Source: Psammoneis japonica (lineage: Eukaryota). Taken from it: a stretch of 64,000 nucleotides of DNA. The notes beneath the pieces are model-generated. The model was given only the letters and a program-made list of their open reading frames with translations. It was not told the DNA's origin and made no database searches. This document shows, in pieces, positions 1 through 13,099 of the stretch (its first letter is position 1; each line of letters begins with the position of its first letter). Made by a program: the position numbers and the translations under genes. The stretch covers positions 124,001 to 188,000 of the forward strand of contig QPGO01000021.1 of NCBI GenBank assembly GCA_008632985.1. The letters are read 5' to 3'.

Positions 1-2329
1 AAGTGTCCATTCGAGAACACAAATGGTGAGTTCAGGCATGCAGCAAATCAGTCTTGTGATGCTCTGCACACTGGCAACAGGTGACAACGTCCAAGCTCTG
101 TTGCTCCAATGCCAACCTGTCAAACGCAGCCCAAAGATGCCAAGGATGAAGAGTCTGATGACACAAGCTGTCCTCAGGCACAGCAAAAAAGCACTGCAAT
201 TCATGTTGCCATGCCATTTTCATCACCTGTGTTTTTTGACACAAATCTGGCTCTGGTGTCTGGAAAAGGAGCCAGCCAACAGTGTTCTCTCTCCTGCATT
301 GCCAGCGACAAAAATTTGAGGTTGGGTGTTGTTGGCGACATTCAAAAGCTGCCCATTGCAACTTGCCACCTTGGAATGATGCCAAGACGAGTCGTCTGTT
401 GTCCTGCAGGACAATTGTTTGCCATCAGGTGTCTGGAGAGCAGAGTGTGGGATGGAGGGGCCATGGATGCGGGGGCAACTTTGGCAATTGCGCTCGATTC
501 CTTGACAACACTTCTTTTGAGGACATTCATTGGTGAGACTTTTTGCAATGGAATGAGGACGCATGATGACTTGACACTTCCATTGCCCTTGATCTAACTT
601 CAATCACCCTCACAGTGCAGGGTTGACTTGGGTCCTCATGAGTCAACAGTTTCCATGGCAAAGGCGAGCCTCACAGAATTGAGCACTTCCAAAATGCCAG
701 GCATGATGCGACCAGCTCCACAGGCTCCAGCCGTTTCTCTTGGTCAGCATGGCATGAAGACCAACCTGCAAACAGATGGATCCTGGTGTGCTCACATTCC
801 AATGACCAAGGCATTGTTGGCGGCACTGGGCCATGCGCCAAGGCAAACTTTTGGTGCATGGTGGTGTGCATTCTGTGTCAGCTTCACCAAGGAATGGCTC
901 TTGCATCTGTCAATTCCAAGACACAGATTTGCCAATTTGTGGATGACGGCACAGGCACTCCAAAAATGAAGATTGTGGGGATTGGTTGTCATGATGCACT
1001 TGACTGTTGAGTCACATGGTTCCTCCTTTGAAACTCCTTCCATCACAGCAACCAGATCATGCCTCAAGGACAGACTCCATCTTTGTCCAATTGTGAGGTG
1101 CTGGGCATCAATCAATGTCCTGCTGGCCCCAAGTCCTTGGTTGAGGGTGACAGAAGAAAGAACCCACTGCCTGAACATGGAGGCCAACAGTCTCAATTGG
1201 AAGTCAGACACTGTTTGGAGCCATGGATGGGAGCTTGGGTGCAATTCTTGGACCAGACAGATGGACAGCTGTCTTTTTTGCAGCTTTGGAAAGAGCCATG
1301 GAATGGATCACTCTTGCTGCTGGAGACTTTCATTGTTTTGAATTCCAAATGTTTTGAGCAGAAAAGCACATTTGTCCCAGCCATGGGTTGTTGATGGAGA
1401 TCTCATTGAATCTTTTTGGAATTTTGAAAAGGCTGCAATGGAGGCACTGGTTCAAGAAATGAATCAAAAGTGGGAAAGTGAGGAAAACTTTGCCCCTTCT
1501 GGCAATGCAAGAGGTGGCAGAGTTTTGATTGATCTGGGAAACACAATGTCTGATGGAGAGGATGAGAACACTCCAGCCAGTGGTGCCGCATGCTGACTGC
1601 AGATGACGTGTTGGTGATGGCAGACGACAAGACAATGCTCCTCTAGAGTGGGCACCGATGAGCAATGGCAGTCAAAGTCCAAGCATTTGCTGGTCAAAGC
1701 AGCAGTGATGCACCCTTCTGATTTGGCTGAGCTTTGGTGCAAAGCTTCCAATGATGTTCTTGTGCATCTCTTCCTTCTTTGCCCAGTGCTTTTGGTTTGA
1801 GTTGGCATCCAAACATTCCCTTTGTTCACACTTGGCTGCAACTGCTGGTGTGCGCCGTCACTGCATCAGAGGCATTGGCACTGCAATGACGTGTGGAATT
1901 GTGTGACAAAGTTTTTGTGACACATTTGCAATGTGTCACTGCAATGTTGGAAAGTCAGTTTGCAGCCAGAGGTCTGTCCATCAAATGTCATGTGCAATTT
2001 GTCAACAATTTAGTTGTGCCTTTTTCACTGCTTTCACTTGACTGAGATGTTCACCTGATTGCCATGTGCCAATGAAATGTTGCACTTTTATGGTGGCTTG
2101 TTCTGTTCACTGACTTTTGCAAACATCCCCTTTGCATGAGAAATGCCTTCCACCAATGTTGCAATCACATGTTACATTTGTGATGCAGCGACCCAATGAT
2201 TTGCTGTCAACTGCCATTTTGACCACATGCATTTGCTCGCTGCTGTCTTGAACAAAGCCAACGACACCTCTGCCTTCCAAGAGTCCCATGACTGTGGTCT
2301 TTTTCCGATGAGTGTTTCTCTTCTTCCTG

Positions 2330-4250
2330 CTCTTCCTCCTGCTCTTTTCCTTTGACAGCAGTCTCCTTGCATGGCCGTGGTGCTCATGAGGCAGTGGCAA
2401 ATCTCATTGCCCAATGCCAAAGCTGCTCATGGGAGGAAATTTGCAAGCACAACACAAGCTGGTTCTGTCCACGAGTTCAGTGGAAAGTTTCACAATGACA
2501 ACTGCACTTTCGGCAGGCTGTCACAATTGCATCTTTGGGATTCGCACAAGCAACCTGCCTCACTTTCTCAATGTTTCTCTTGATCCGGTTGTGTGCAGTG
2601 TCAATGTTGATCTCAACATTCAATGCAACACATGTCGCCATTGCGGCAAATTCAGGCCAATCCTCCAGCTCCTCCAGACGCAACAGGAGGGACAGCAGCC
2701 ATGGAATGCTGTGGCCTGTGTTGCTCTCTTCTCAATTGCAACCATTGCCATGGCCTTGTGTGGTGGTGACAAGTTGCAAGGAAGAGTGCCATTGGCATTT
2801 GGTCCATTCAAGGCTGAAATTTGGTGGGACATCTGTCCTTCCCCTTTCCAGCTCCAATCCATGCAAACAACACATGATGACTTGACGATGGTGGCTTCAG
2901 GACACAGAGACCCCATTTTCATCATTCTGTCAATGCAGCCATTGCATGCTTCTGTCAAGTTAATTTACATCAGTGGATTTCACTGTTGCTGCAGCAGCAT
3001 CATTGTTTTTTGGTTCAATTCAATGGTGTCATTCACTGCTGTGAAAATGACACGGCGAATCAAGGGACAATCAATAAGATCTGGTTTGCAACCCGGTGAC
3101 CCACCCATCATGTCTGCTGTGTTTCAATTGGTCCACAACATCAGCATTGCAGCAAAACATGAGTTTTTGACATCATGCACAGAAAACAGGGCTCACCTCA
3201 CATGTGATGCATGTGAAGGGAAGAAATTTTCAAGATTTTCCCTTCTCATGCAAGGCACGCGTGCTTCAAGTGCATGCCCACACATGGAGAGAACACAACA
3301 TGGTGCATGTGTTGCATTGCAACAACTCATTCATTGGCATCAGATCTTGTGGAACAATCCTGAGATTTTGCCTCAACGATTTCTGCGCAAGATCCAGAGC
3401 ATTTTGCCACCAACCAAAACCTCACCACCGTCAGCCTCGCAAAAGCAGAACAGATTGGTTCCACCCACATTGCACCCCACCAAAAAGGTGACTGTTGTCC
3501 CATGGTGGGGGCTGATGGCAGGGTGGGCAGACAATCCTTTGTCTTCTGGCAACCAAAAATGCCAAAATTCTCATGGTTTGGCCAAACTTCATTGAAAGTG
3601 TGGTGAAAATCACACCAAAGCACAATGTCAAGGTCGTTGCCTGGGCTTTCAACAAAGCAATTGGTTGGGTGGTGGTCAGCAAAAAAGATCTGGACATCTG
3701 AGATTTTCCGCTTGTGGTCCATGCCACTGTCGTGTGATGCATCCAAAGGCTTGCCATTTCATTCTTTGTGGGCATCTGACTTGGCATCACTGAAGTGACA
3801 AACAATTTGCTTTCCATCGTGAACACAAAAAACAGCCCACATGTCAAGGAACTGAGTGGCAGCTTGGTGCAATGGCTTGCAGCCAGCAAAACAATGACCA
3901 ACAGGAAACATGAGCTTGCACTTTGTCTTGAAAGAATCAAGAGACTGTTGGTTCTCATTGGCATTGGAGATGTCATCTTCTGCAGGAGCAAGTTCATCAA
4001 TCTCTTGTGCAAGATTGTCAGTTGCCCAGTTTTTCTTGAGAAGCTCTTTGCTCTGCTCCTCAAGAGGGCGTGCTTCAGAATGAGCACCATGGTTGTCCAT
4101 GAATGAAGGCATTGAGACCTTTTGAAGAGAGGGAGCAGGTGGGACAAGTTCTGGAGCTGGAGAACTTGTGCTGTTGTTGTTGTCAGCACCACTGTCATCT
4201 CCATTGTTGTCAGAAAGAATGCCGTTGCCATTGTTGCTTTCCAACAGCAG
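2330..4250 (-). mobile_element. Degenerate Mutator-like (MULE) DNA transposase relic
   Basis: Minus-strand fragments: FPVGHCFAGCKPLHQAATQFLDMWAV (N-terminal part), KRKISDVQIFFAD...VLWCDFHHTFNEVWP (IFAD and CDxxH-type MULE catalytic region) and a possible SWIM-finger remnant near 2380-2450. Many stops and frameshifts. Confidence 0.6.
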
Positions 4251-7200
4251 GTTTTCTTGGCCGCTTGTTGTGGTGTGGCCATTCTCAAGGACTTGTGTTG
4301 CTCTGCAAGGACAACAAGCAGCAAGTTGAGACCAAGTTTGAAACCATTGAGTTTTGACTGCAATCTTGGTCCTTCTGCAGTTTCGGTGTCATGTGACGGT
4401 TTGACACCATTTGTGACTTGTGCCAAGAAACCAAATTCCAATGAACAACGTGGTCTCAATTCTTTGAACAAGGTGACAAGAGTCACAAGTCCTCCAATGC
4501 AAGAGGCAAGACCACCTTCAAGAGCAAAGTTCCTTGATTGCCCAGTGCATGTGCACATCCTGAAGTGTTGACAAAAGTGATGAGCTCATGCAGCATGACT
4601 GGAGCTGCAATTTCTAAGGTGACTGGCATCACACATCATCTCAGTTGAAGCCAAATGTTTGGTGCCAAATTGAAAAGCACAAGAAATGCCGTGCAAGTGG
4701 TCACTCCACAACAAAGCTCACAGTTTCTCAAAAATCCATGGCTTTTAGAACTGCACCCTGGATCAACCTTTCCAACCTGTCTGAGAAGCTCATTGAGTGC
4801 TGCAGCTCTAAATGCCATCATGTCTGAGGTTCAAAAATTGCTCATGTCTCAGCACATGAATCATCTTTTCAGGGATTTCACTGTGTGCACAATTGCTGGA
4901 TGCCAACAGACCTCTGTGGGCAGAGTGTTGCAGCGTCAAACTCAGTTTAAATGATGAGGGAGTCCAAGTCTTGGGGTGGGAGCATCACAGTGGAGGAGAA
5001 CTTTTAATGTGACATGGGCCAACAACATTGCAGGTGGAGCAAGTGCACACAAAACTGATGCTCATGTTCAGTCAATGGCGGAAAATGAAAAAACACTGTG
5101 TCTCTCCTTGTTGCCATTGAAAAACATTCTCAACAAAATTGCTCACCTTGACATTGGTGTGTGTTGATGTCACAGCTTTGGCACAAGGTCAACTGTGCCA
5201 TCCAGCAGTTCACACATGTCGTGTGAGGAGGTCACATGCCACATTGCCCAGCAGTGCAGTGTGAATGACAGATGGAGGGCCAGGATGGAATGACACCATG
5301 TGGGCAGGGGTGGCTGGGCTGGTTGCAAAGGCACAGCAAGCATGCATGTTGCACAGTTTGGATGAATTGTGGTGAGGAAGCTGGCTGGCAAGGGATCCAG
5401 TGACCCCAAGAGGGAGAGGCTCTGAAAGCCCCATGTGTTGAGAAGGGGTGGATGCATGGTGTGCAACAATGAATCAAGGTGATGAGGTTTTGGTTTGCAC
5501 CACAATGGCTGATGGGAAGACACCACATGGTGGGGGCATTTCACACAGGAAAAGGCAGCATGTGCATGTGGGAGTGTTGAAAACAAACTTCAGAATTCCA
5601 AGGAGGTGCAAGTGGCATGAGCAATGAGCACAGGGCATTGCTGATCACCAAAAATGAGGAGACATGCAAAAGTCAACATCCAAAAGCACCAAAATGGAAA
5701 AAGGTGTGTGCCTGCATTGTTTGGAGAAGACATCATTGTGGGACTTGATTGGTCTCATGGTTGCCATGAAATTTCCTCTTGGCACTTGTGCACTGTGCCT
5801 TGGTGCATGGGTTGGCAGCAGCAGGAGCATGCAAGCCAAGAGCTGAGTCAAGAGGCATCATTGGGATGGCTGCATTGTTGCAGCCAGCCAAGTGTGAGCA
5901 GCTGGGAAGGTGGCGCAGGAATGAGGCACACATCAACATCAACAGGGCATTCAGGGAGCAAGTGAGAAAGAAGATCAGCAGGCTCATGATGGGCTGCTGA
6001 CAAATTGGAGCAAAGACCAGCAAGCAGCCAAATTGTTCCGAGAGGGCACAAAGTCCATCAAGCACAGCATTCAAGAGGGCTGTTTTGTGCCCCAGGAAAC
6101 AACAACAGAAGACATGATCTCCACAGGGGTCAGCAACTCTGTCACACACATGGGGTGTGGAGTGGGGCCCAGCTGCTCAGCAGAGATCAGGAGTTGAGCA
6201 TGCTTGCACTCAAGCATGAGGTGGAAGCAGATGAAACACATGCTGACGTGCAACAGAGTGCACCAGATTCAAATTCCAGCACTTTTGTTGTGCACCATTC
6301 TGCGTGTGACTGGCATTGAGGAGAACCCAGGAGAGTGTTGCTTGTCAACCCTTCAACCGTCACAGAGCAAATCTCTGTGGGTGAAGATTTGCTCCACTTG
6401 AAGATTTGTGATGTGTCGTGCACTTTTGGCTGCAATGACATCATGAATGCAGCACAAAAATGTTGCATCACGCACAATCTGCATGAGACACACCACATGC
6501 ACTCACTTGTGAGATTGCTCCAAGGGTGTGGTGTCATTGCTCCATTTGTGGCAGCAGCTCACAACAAAGCATGCAAAAAACCTGGTGTCAAAGAAAGTTG
6601 CTAAAAGGGCTCCCCCAGATTTTTGGTGAATGCACGTGAATGGGAGCTCTTCTTCTCTCAGAGTCATTGCACAGAAACTGTGTGCCGGCAACAGAGCACC
6701 AGAAACAGTTGTCATCAGTCTGTCTGCCCATCCATGCATGAATGTCAACTTCTTGGGAAATCAACATTGAAACATCATCTGATCAGGGGCACTGCTCTTC
6801 ACCATGTAAATCAAAATGCCCCTGATCACATGACACATTTCAATTGAGTTCCCACAAAGTTGGTGGCTCCAGTCACCCTCTCGCATGACATTGTGTGCAT
6901 TTCTGTGCGATTTGGTGTTTTTCCTTGTGCAAAATGTCAACTGTGACTCCAGCGACATTGCCAAAACAAAATTGCACAAATTGCTGTGCATGTTTGAAAG
7001 CACTCCATTTGCTGCATTTGTGATGCAAGCAAGATTGAAGGGTTGAAAAAAAGCAAAAAAAAGAGAGAAAACTTGGCAAAGACTTCATGTCATGGCTGAG
7101 GAACAATGACAAGCTCACAACCCGATCTTGTTGCTCAACTTTGTGCCAAAATAAGCAAAATGAACAGTGCAAAACTTCAAGTGCCTGTTTGACTTTAAAT

Positions 7201-7979
7201 CAACAGAATCCAAGTGAGCTGTGTGCTTCTTTGTGTGCCAGCTCCACTTCAACACAAAGACAGCCAAGTGCTTGGCAGCCAGATTTTGACAATTCCAAAA
7301 ATGGGTGCAAGCTCACCAATGCTTTTGGATTGCTTCAAATGTCATTTTCTGATGGCAGCAATGAAGCTGCAAATGACCAGCTGGCACTCAACATCCACTG
7401 TGCCTTGCTCAATGTAAAAAAAGCCAAGCACACATTGCCACAAGTCAGCCACAACAGCTGCGCCAAGCTGTTTGTCTCTCCATTGCCTTGCTTCCCATGA
7501 TGCAGTCACTGACAACTTCAGCAAAACAGGCAATGTTTTTTCTGATGCTGCTGTGTGTCTAGGTTGCAGCTGTTGCCAGGCCGTGACAACTTGCGACTGC
7601 TTTCAGCACCTTGGTGCCTTTCCGCAGGTTCCACCATGAATGCTGGTGCAGCACCTGCCTTTCATGTGAGTGTCACACCTGATGTCATTTGTCCTGACAC
7701 ACCTTCCACAAGAGGTGATGATGTTGCTCTGGCTCTTTGTGCCCCAGCCAAACACATCCAAAATGAAGTCGTGCAAAAAATGATGGCTTGTCCTCCCCTC
7801 CTTTTCCCCTTTTCCTTTTGTCCTGTCATGAGTGTGAAAAATTTGCAAAAGAACTCTCTTTCAAATTGCACCATCAACAAACATTTGTTGCTGAAGGTGT
7901 TCTTTCACATTTTTGGAATCTGAACAGAAATTTCAAGCAAATGACGACAATCATCTGTTGGTTTTTTGCTGAAATGAAA

Positions 7980-8212
7980 GCAATCAAAAATGATTGCCAA
8001 CAAAAAAAGTTTGATTGGCAATCAAATTTTTTGATGACTCATCAAAAGAAAGCACTGCAATCAAAAATGATCAGTCACAACTGAGTCACGAGTTCAAGTG
8101 TGGGTGTTCTGCAAAAAGCTCAAGATGCATTTGACGTTTTGATGCCAAACAAAATTGATTGCCAACCAGTGATTGCAGCAGCAATCAAAAAATTCTGATT
8201 GGCAATCAAAAC
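7980..8212. repeat. Cluster of short palindromic motifs (TTTGATTGGCAATCAAA, TTGATGACTCATCAA and GATTGCCAA variants)
   Basis: Repeated GATTG(G/C)CAA and CAATCAAAA units in both orientations in an A-rich tract. Confidence 0.6.
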
Positions 8213-9339
8213 TGCAACAGAAACATTGAAAACTCACGCGTGCAAAAAACAATGGTCACAATTGATTTGTCAAACAACCCAGTTTCCGTCAACTGCAACA
8301 AACAAAAACATGCGATGATTGAAATTTGTGGACAGCTCAACCTTGTGACATTTTTCAGGCAAACAACAACACGGTGCAATGGAAACAGATGGATTGACAA
8401 CCAACAACTGCAGCACATTCAGGCAAGTTGACAAGAAAAATGGTGCTCTAAAACTTCTCTGTGATTGGTTGTGTCCTGGTGGAATTTTTTGGCTTCACAC
8501 CATCAAGATGAAACAAAAGGAATTGGAAGAAAAAGGTGACATGGAGGGGTTTGCACATTTGCCAAGATTCCAAGGTGCTTTGAAAAAGCCCCAAAACTGG
8601 GAGGTGTGTGAAAACAAATCAAACCATGGCAAATCAATCACAGCCGCCATGGCAACTTGCGTCATTGTGCACAAAATGGATGCTCGTTTCTGGGTGCATG
8701 GAGGTCTGAATGGAAATTCTCCACAAGCGAGAGAGGACAAGACAAGGCAAAAATGATGAAATGACCAAAGAACCCTTCATCAACAGGTGTGAAGCCTCGT
8801 GGAGCAACACACTGGGCAAAGACTGCACCTTTGATGATCACTTTCATTTTGGTCTCCCCACCTTCATGCCACAAAGCAAGATGCCAGAGTGCATTCTTGC
8901 AGGAGTCACACAAAATGCACCCAACCTTTTGGTTCTTTTCATCTGGTGGCATGCTGGACCCACTGGCTGCCTCCTGAAGGAACAAATGTGGCTGATTGGA
9001 GGGTGTCAACATGGTGAAGCAGAAACAGAAACAGAAGAAACGCACTGTTGCACGCCACCTGCATGGGTGCAAGTTCCTGCCATGGATGAAGCAGCCCTTG
9101 TCCACTCATCATGGGCTGTGACACCATGGCAAAAGCAATTGCGGTGATGATGCAACCTGCACCTTGGCTGAAGAAGAATGGTCGATTGCACCTCATCATC
9201 ACTGCGACAAGGACGATGATGCCCAACAGCGATTTCCTCCATTTCCGGCACCACTGGCCTGACTGGAGATGACAGCTCTTCTGACCTCTCCACCATTTTG
9301 TGCATGCAATAATTTTACAATGCCCATGCCAATGCCCAC

Positions 9340-9690
9340 GAAACACAAAAGCAGGTGGAACTCATGCCAGGCGTCTTGAACCACTGCGTGCGGCCTGGGA
9401 CACATGCAAGGCCATTGAGCAGGACTTGTTTTTGCCCACAACTTGCATCACCTGTGAAGCGGCCCTCTTTTCCATTCAAGATGCCAAATGTGTGCTGTGC
9501 CCTTCTTGTCGCGTCGTCAGTCCAATAGTTATGAACGAGGACGGTGCGGTGGTGGTAGGGCCTAGTGAAGTCGAACAAAGAGGCGTTGGTTTGGGCTTAC
9601 ATTTCAACAATTATGTTCGTGGCAAGAAGACATCATGGGCAAGCGTACCCAGCAAGCCCGTCGTCGTCGTTAGTAGGCGGCGTGATACAC
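9340..9690 (+). pseudogene. Pseudogene of a small Cys-motif protein (CxxC...VLCPxCRVVSP...GVGLG), diatom-type hypothetical family
   Basis: Reads LFLPTTCITCEAALFSIQDAKCVLCPSCRVVSP...GVGLG. Frameshifts near 9375 and 9598 (an alternative frame continues TFQQLCSWQ). The 5' part lacks TA and the 3' part retains it. Confidence 0.55.
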
Positions 9691-10091
9691 AATAACACAA
9701 ACCACTATACAAGCAAGGGGCGGTTGTGGTGACGTTCTTTTTCTTCTTTTGTCTCTTTGCATTAGATTGTTGTTTTCTCTCGATCCTCATGCTGTTGGCT
9801 CCCACGATTCATCGTTCCATCATTATGAAAAATTAAAAGAGCAAACTGCAGAGAGAAGAAGAAAGAGCGAATAATATCTTGCTTTGTTTTTGCTCGTACA
9901 CATAGTAACTAATCAGGTTCTACCATACTCGATGAGTTGGAGCTGCAAACAAGGGCGGCGCCGGCGTTGAATGAAATGAACAACGCCTCCGTAGGTAGTA
10001 GATTAAACAAAGGGAGAAATTCTTTATTGTCGTACCATACCCAACATAACAAGTGCACCGCAACCCCCTGGAAAATTTCAATACGAACCCA

Positions 10092-11723
10092 CTAAACAAT
10101 TGCCATCGCGAATTGATCAAATGAGGCATCCATCAGTTTAGTCGCATCACTTTCAGCCATGACCACCTTCTTCCCATGCAAAACATTTCCGGTGAACTTC
10201 TGCTGTTTGTAATCCTTCATTAAATTTGGTGGGACGACAAACACTGCTGGATACGGTGATGTTGCGGAACGGACGGCCGAGAAATATTTGGCCGTTTGGT
10301 GGGCACCACCATTCCTGAGCGGGTGCTCTGTTGAGATTGTCATCTGCAGAGCGTAAACTTGACCATCAGTGTGAAAGTAGAAGGCATCAAACGTTGGGAA
10401 GTTGGTCGTCGTAGGCCAGAGCAATGTTGGTTGCCACCCGTTCCCGTCCGCGTTTCTCTTCCATACTTTATCCAATGGCACCGTGCTCTGGGACAATGTA
10501 TTGCATTCGACCACTTCTGGCTTGCCTAGGGGAGGAATGGAAATATTCGTGGTCTTGCCATCCTTCAAACTGATGTAAGAAAAGGTACCACCCGAGATAA
10601 ATCGCCGCACGGCGTATGCCTCAAATAATGCACCAGCGTAACCTTCGGCCCCCGAGAGAGGTTGGAGCGTCCTCCACGATGATCGCAGCTCTTCCGTTTC
10701 CAAGGTCACGAGCTTTTCTGCCACTTGCTTCTCGGCGAACCGGGACACCATCTCAAAGGAAGGGTAATCATCGTAGAGGAAGCGTCCACCCGCATCCCTT
10801 TTCGGATTCCACCTAACAAGCGAGTGAACGGCTATGCTCTCCTGACTCTTGTCCGTCATTTGTGTCGACAGCATGTTGACCAGCGATGTTGCGTTCACCA
10901 ATTCAACGGCCTCCAAGACCGTCTTTTTCGCCAAACCCTTGTTCAACATATAGCGCACAATCCCATCCATGAAAAAAGAATTCTCTTCCACGATAGTTTC
11001 GTCAACGTCCAGGATTCTTGCCAGCTGGCGTCCTTCGCTCTCGGACCACGGTGGCATATAGAGCACCACATTTCTCAAAATGGCCTGCCTGAGATTCCTC
11101 GTGTACACACTTGGAGAAGCGGCGACGATAATAATGCCGTTAAAATTCTCCAAGCTGAATGTCATGGAGCAGCCGTCCATAAAAATTGCCTCCAGCTTGG
11201 GCATGGCCTTTTGAAGACAATCCCAAATCTGGTCCAACCGTTGGTTTTCGGCAACAAGCTTTCCATCCAACCAAATTGATCCTGTGATTACGAGAGTATC
11301 CATCTTATCACTTCCCTGCTTAGCATTTTTTGTTGCGTGAAAGATGGCAGCGCTCTGCATTCCCTTTCTTCGGAGGACGGCCATGACGTAGGCCATGAAT
11401 GCTGACTTGCCTACACCTGAAGAACCACGTATTTCCACTAAGCGCGTTAGTGCCTCGCCGTCATCTACAATAGCTTTTACCTCGGAAATAACTCGATCTT
11501 TCAAGTCAAGGTAGCATTGTCGAACGTAGCCTTCCTCCTCCACGCCAAACGTGCCACCAGCCGTTTCGCTGAAAGGAAACGTCGGGTTATTGATGGCCTC
11601 CTGGAGAAACGAAATTGGCACGGCATGTTGCCTATGAAGCGGCAGGTGCAATTTACGCCTTTTGGCAGATTCATCTATCTGAGATAAAGTTTTTTGCAAC
11701 GGAGCAAAGATGTTGTCGCTCAT
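10092..11723 (-). CDS. Crinkler/RHS-like protein: P-loop NTPase plus C-terminal PD-(D/E)XK restriction-endonuclease-like domain
   Basis: Intronless 543 aa ORF. Walker A GSSGVGKS, LYMPPWSESE, GIVRY, GALFEAY and NFPTFDAF...ALQMTISTEH are typical of CRN/RHS NTPase+REase proteins. Confidence 0.75.
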   Translation of the reverse strand: MSDNIFAPLQKTLSQIDESAKRRKLHLPLHRQHAVPISFLQEAINNPTFPFSETAGGTFGVEEEGYVRQCYLDLKDRVISEVKAIVDDGEALTRLVEIRGSSGVGKSAFMAYVMAVLRRKGMQSAAIFHATKNAKQGSDKMDTLVITGSIWLDGKLVAENQRLDQIWDCLQKAMPKLEAIFMDGCSMTFSLENFNGIIIVAASPSVYTRNLRQAILRNVVLYMPPWSESEGRQLARILDVDETIVEENSFFMDGIVRYMLNKGLAKKTVLEAVELVNATSLVNMLSTQMTDKSQESIAVHSLVRWNPKRDAGGRFLYDDYPSFEMVSRFAEKQVAEKLVTLETEELRSSWRTLQPLSGAEGYAGALFEAYAVRRFISGGTFSYISLKDGKTTNISIPPLGKPEVVECNTLSQSTVPLDKVWKRNADGNGWQPTLLWPTTTNFPTFDAFYFHTDGQVYALQMTISTEHPLRNGGAHQTAKYFSAVRSATSPYPAVFVVPPNLMKDYKQQKFTGNVLHGKKVVMAESDATKLMDASFDQFAMAIV

Positions 11724-11885
11724 GATGCTGTCGTAACAACAAGTGTGAAAGGTGAAAGTGAAGATGACAACAGTGGCCGGTCTGGGTTTGTCTTCTGCTC
11801 TCTGGCTCTAGAGAGTGGAGCTGTGTAGTTGGTGTTGTTTGTTGGTTATGGTTTGGGGGCGAGACGCGAGACGGACTGCAGTGGA

Positions 11886-11930
11886 TTTTGCGGGGGGGGG
11901 GGGGAATCACTTAAGCCCCCCCCCACGAAA
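11886..11930. repeat. G-run/C-run inverted repeat around AATCACTTAAG; candidate transposon terminus
   Basis: TTTTGC-G13-AATCACTTAAG-C9-ACGAAA. A related motif GGGGGG..ATCACTTGAG-C9 lies at about 15639-15670. Confidence 0.55.
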
Positions 11931-11969
11931 TTCAACCTCATCATTTGTTTTCACCCTTTGACACATGGC

Positions 11970-12886
11970 CACCATTTGGGGCCTGGCCCCAAACGGTGCG
12001 CCACTCTGATTGGTCTAAATAAACAGCTGTCCTTGAATAATTTTTGGCGGGAACTTAACGGCTAAATTGGTCGGGGCCTGGCCCCAAATGCTGCAAAGGT
12101 TCAAGCAACGAACGTGCTCAAGGCATTGAAAGATTTCCATGGCTGTTTACGTCGATTGTTGCACTGGTGTGTTGAGCCATCACACGCGAAAACTCAGACG
12201 AGAAAACGAGATTTTTTGCCTCCGCAACAGCGTCCAAAGATGGCAACTCGACCGCCATTTCGGCGGCCGGAGAAAATGGTGGGAAAGCTGCAACCATCAT
12301 GCAGGAATCTCAGATTTCACAATCATTTGTTGGTGGAAACAAAAAATGAAAAGGAGTGGTTGAAAGCACCGCATGGCAACAACTGTGAAACTGCCACAAG
12401 CTCGATTCTTGTTTTTGCTTGTTGACACAAAGTCAAATCTTGCGGCACCAAAATAATCAACAATCAACATGAAAGTTGCAATTTAGATTAAATTGAGCAT
12501 GGTTGTTTTGATCGTGTTGTTTTCATTCATCTCAGACAACGACAAGGTGGTCGCCGTGTCGCGAACCTGACATTGTCAATTTTCCCCGATTTGCCGTGTC
12601 ATTCACTCGTCTGTGATTGACACACCGTTGACTCGGACAGAAAACAATTGTGTGGCTAAAGTGTCAACCAAGTGGACATGCACAAATGCGTGGAGTTTAT
12701 GCTGTGAAGACCATGTCAGAACAGATGCGCAAATGGGGTCTCGCATCCTGAAACCGCCGTTGTCAATTCATCGTGGTTCCCGTTTGCAGAGCAGGCATCG
12801 TGCATGTTCAAATCATGGTCATCAAGATTCCGTCAGACAAAATGTCTGACCATTAAATTCTTGTTTGGGGGCTGGCTCCAAACAAG
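11970..12886. repeat. Three copies of the palindrome GGGGCC(T)GGCCCC bracketing about 0.9 kb; possible small non-autonomous element
   Basis: CACCATTTGGGGCC-T-GGCCCCAAACGGTG (11970-11998), GGGGCCTGGCCCC (12073-12085) and CTTGTTTGGGGGCTGGCTCCAAACAAG (12860-12886). Confidence 0.55.
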
Positions 12887-13099
12887 CAATTTCATGTGTC
12901 AAAGGGTCAAGCACCTGTGACACCCCCCCCCCCCCCCCAACAAAAAATCCGCAGAAGTGACAGTCATCGTCGCGCGCCACATTTTTGCTTTTTCTGGAAT
13001 GCTCTTCACAACAATGACCCTCGTCATTGTTGCAACTGCACAATTCATGCTTCATTGACACCTTTCCTTTTCAACAAGGGTTTGTCAAGAGCCCCTTTG

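Larger units (their letters stand above)
1..9520. other. TpA- and CpG-depleted hypermutated domain A (continues past the left edge of the window)
   Basis: By eye, 1 TA in nt 1-600 versus about 9 in nt 10081-10380 of the adjacent gene. TG/CA are abundant and ORF translations are nearly Tyr-free and Cys/His-rich. Confidence 0.9.

Noticed and set aside
1..9300. Dense overlapping 60-390 aa ORFs in all six frames (also in the other depleted domains), e.g. 2414-3595 and 3431-4558
   Set aside because: Loss of TA removes TAA/TAG stops and inflates ORF length. The products are Tyr-free, C/H/Q-rich and lack coherent domains.
1..9300. Alternative genetic code or recoded foreign/viral DNA
   Set aside because: TA is missing in all frames and in non-coding DNA, and the recognisable proteins are frameshifted relics.
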